From Candidatus Dojkabacteria bacterium (GTDB taxonomy: Bacteria; Patescibacteriota; Dojkabacteria; JAFGLO01): a stretch of 53,449 nucleotides of DNA. The stretch is from contig DAOOWV010000003.1 in assembly GCA_035371485.1 (NCBI GenBank), positions 1 to 53,449 of the forward strand, read 5' to 3'. A program made the position numbers and the translations under genes. Below, piece by piece: positions 51,947-53,449 of this stretch. A model generated the notes under the pieces. It was not told where the DNA came from, did not search any database, and saw nothing but the letters and a program-made list of their open reading frames with translations. Numbering within the stretch: the first letter of the stretch is position 1; each line of letters opens with the position of its first letter.

Positions 51947-53449
51947 TTACTGCTTTCTACCACAGCATTTCTTATATTTTTTACCACTTCCACAAGGACA
52001 AGGATCATTCCTTCCTACTTTCGCTGAAGCTACAATAGATGAACCCACTTTAGTTGGAGTTACCGTAGGAGAACTTTCTTTTTTATTTTTTTCATTCTTC
52101 ACCTTTTCATTTTTCATTTGTTCGTTGCTTAACTTGTTCACATTTAGCTTGCTCCCTCCCACTATTTTTTTTGCCAAGATTTGTGAGATTTTTTCGGGAT
52201 CACCTTCAACTTTAACTTTAAAAATACGCCCTACTATATTTTCAGTTATATCATCCAACATTGATTGAAACAACCTAAACCCTTCATTTTTATATTCTGT
52301 TAAAGGATCCTTCTGTGCATAACTTCTTAAAGAAATTCCTTCTCTTAATATACTCATTGCATCTAAATGTTCAGTCCATAGTTTATCAATTGCAGATACA
52401 ATTATCATACGCTCAATATCTGTTGCAACTAAGCGAAATTCATCAAAAAAGGATACAAAAACTGCAAACACAACTTTCATCAATAACTCTTGTAAAGCTT
52501 GTTGATGGTCATTGTTCTTATCTGATTTTGACATCAAGTGTTTTAACACCTCTTCTTCGAAATTATTATATTTCAGATCTATTTTGTTAAGACCACTTTT
52601 AAGTCTCTCCTCTGGAATCAAAGCAGTAATATTTTTTACAATCTGTTTTCCTTCATCTTTGTCAATTTTTCCATCTCCAGTATAAGATGCGTCAAGAATT
52701 GACATTATTCTTTGAACAATTTTTTGTAAAACCCATATTCTTGTCGGTAAAAACACAAAATTGTCCTCAATTTTCCACTCTCCTACTTCCATTTCCAACT
52801 TACCCGCATCAAAACGATAAACATTATTAATCCCATTTACTCCCCAATTTTCACCTAATAAAGAAAAATCCTCCAAAAAATTACCCAATAATTCAAAATC
52901 AACTAAATCAAAAGATACTTCAGCATAATTTTGTGAAAGCGACTTACCACTATTAATAATATTTGCGTGAAGTTCAGCTTCTTTATCCAACAAATCCAAT
53001 AATTTATCCCTTAGTGAATAAATAATATTCCTATGATTATTCAATACATCATCATATTCTACAAGGTGTTTTCTTATTTCAAAGTTTACATTTTCAACTT
53101 TCTTTTGTGCTGACTGAATAGCTCTTGCAATCATTGATGCTTCTATTGGCATATTTTCATCGACTCCTAAACTATTAAACATGCTGTGCATAATATCTCC
53201 ACCAAATCTCCTCATTAACTCATCCTCTAAAGAGACGTAGAATCTTGAAGAACCAGGATCTCCCAATCTTCCAGATCTACCTCTTAGCTGATTATCAACA
53301 CGTCTTGCTTCATGCCTTTCGGTACCAATTATATGTAAACCACCAAGTTCTTTTACTCCATTGCCTAGTTTAATATCTGTACCTCTACCTGCCATATTAG
53401 TAGCAACAGTTACAGCTCCTAATTGACCAGCATTTGCAACAATATGAGC
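51947..53449 (-). CDS. secA: preprotein translocase ATPase SecA, C-terminal part (5' end beyond window)
   Basis: The frame is open to the window end ([29 protein letters not shown]). Also [20 protein letters not shown] and the C-terminal zinc finger [14 protein letters not shown]. Confidence 0.9.
   Translation of the reverse strand, partial: AHIVANAGQLGAVTVATNMAGRGTDIKLGNGVKELGGLHIIGTERHEARRVDNQLRGRSGRLGDPGSSRFYVSLEDELMRRFGGDIMHSMFNSLGVDENMPIEASMIARAIQSAQKKVENVNFEIRKHLVEYDDVLNNHRNIIYSLRDKLLDLLDKEAELHANIINSGKSLSQNYAEVSFDLVDFELLGNFLEDFSLLGENWGVNGINNVYRFDAGKLEMEVGEWKIEDNFVFLPTRIWVLQKIVQRIMSILDASYTGDGKIDKDEGKQIVKNITALIPEERLKSGLNKIDLKYNNFEEEVLKHLMSKSDKNNDHQQALQELLMKVVFAVFVSFFDEFRLVATDIERMIIVSAIDKLWTEHLDAMSILREGISLRSYAQKDPLTEYKNEGFRLFQSMLDDITENIVGRIFKVKVEGDPEKISQILAKKIVGGSKLNVNKLSNEQMKNEKVKNEKNKKESSPTVTPTKVGSSIVASAKVGRNDPCPCGSGKKYKKCCGRKQ

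Overview
Low-GC bacterial chromosome segment (about one third G+C by eye) with compact genes. The gene style suggests a Patescibacteria/CPR-like organism, but that is inference: no database search was possible. Recognisable housekeeping genes are dnaN, recO-like, secG, efp, dnaE, tsaC-like, dnaA with an adjacent DnaA-box region, gpmA, lexA-like, rarA, rsmE, gpmI, rplS, tRNA-Glu, lepB, parA/parB, nth and secA. There are two type IV pilus modules: tandem pilin paralogs at 5.9-7.6 kb and pilB-pilT-pilC at 45.4-50.3 kb. The most interesting region is a ~17.5 kb block (16.5-34 kb), visibly richer in G+C. It has two divergent operon arms around a TraD/VirD4-like coupling ATPase, met by a convergent cell-wall-hydrolase operon. 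It encodes about 16 ORFs I cannot assign to any family. Many are proteins with a disordered N-terminus and a glycine-rich hydrophobic tail, each followed by one of five paralogous small acidic helical proteins. This block also contains all the frame breaks I found: -1 ORF junctions at A/T runs (one on a U_UUU_UUA heptamer) and an in-frame TGA inside an amidase domain. Across the window, intergenic spacers carry degenerate 7-nt or 8-nt tandem arrays from a few sequence families. Some form inverted pairs bracketing genes (dnaE and four-helix-bundle/Avd-like genes), and one lies inside the secA coding region. No CRISPR array, rRNA, transposase, integrase or relaxase was seen.
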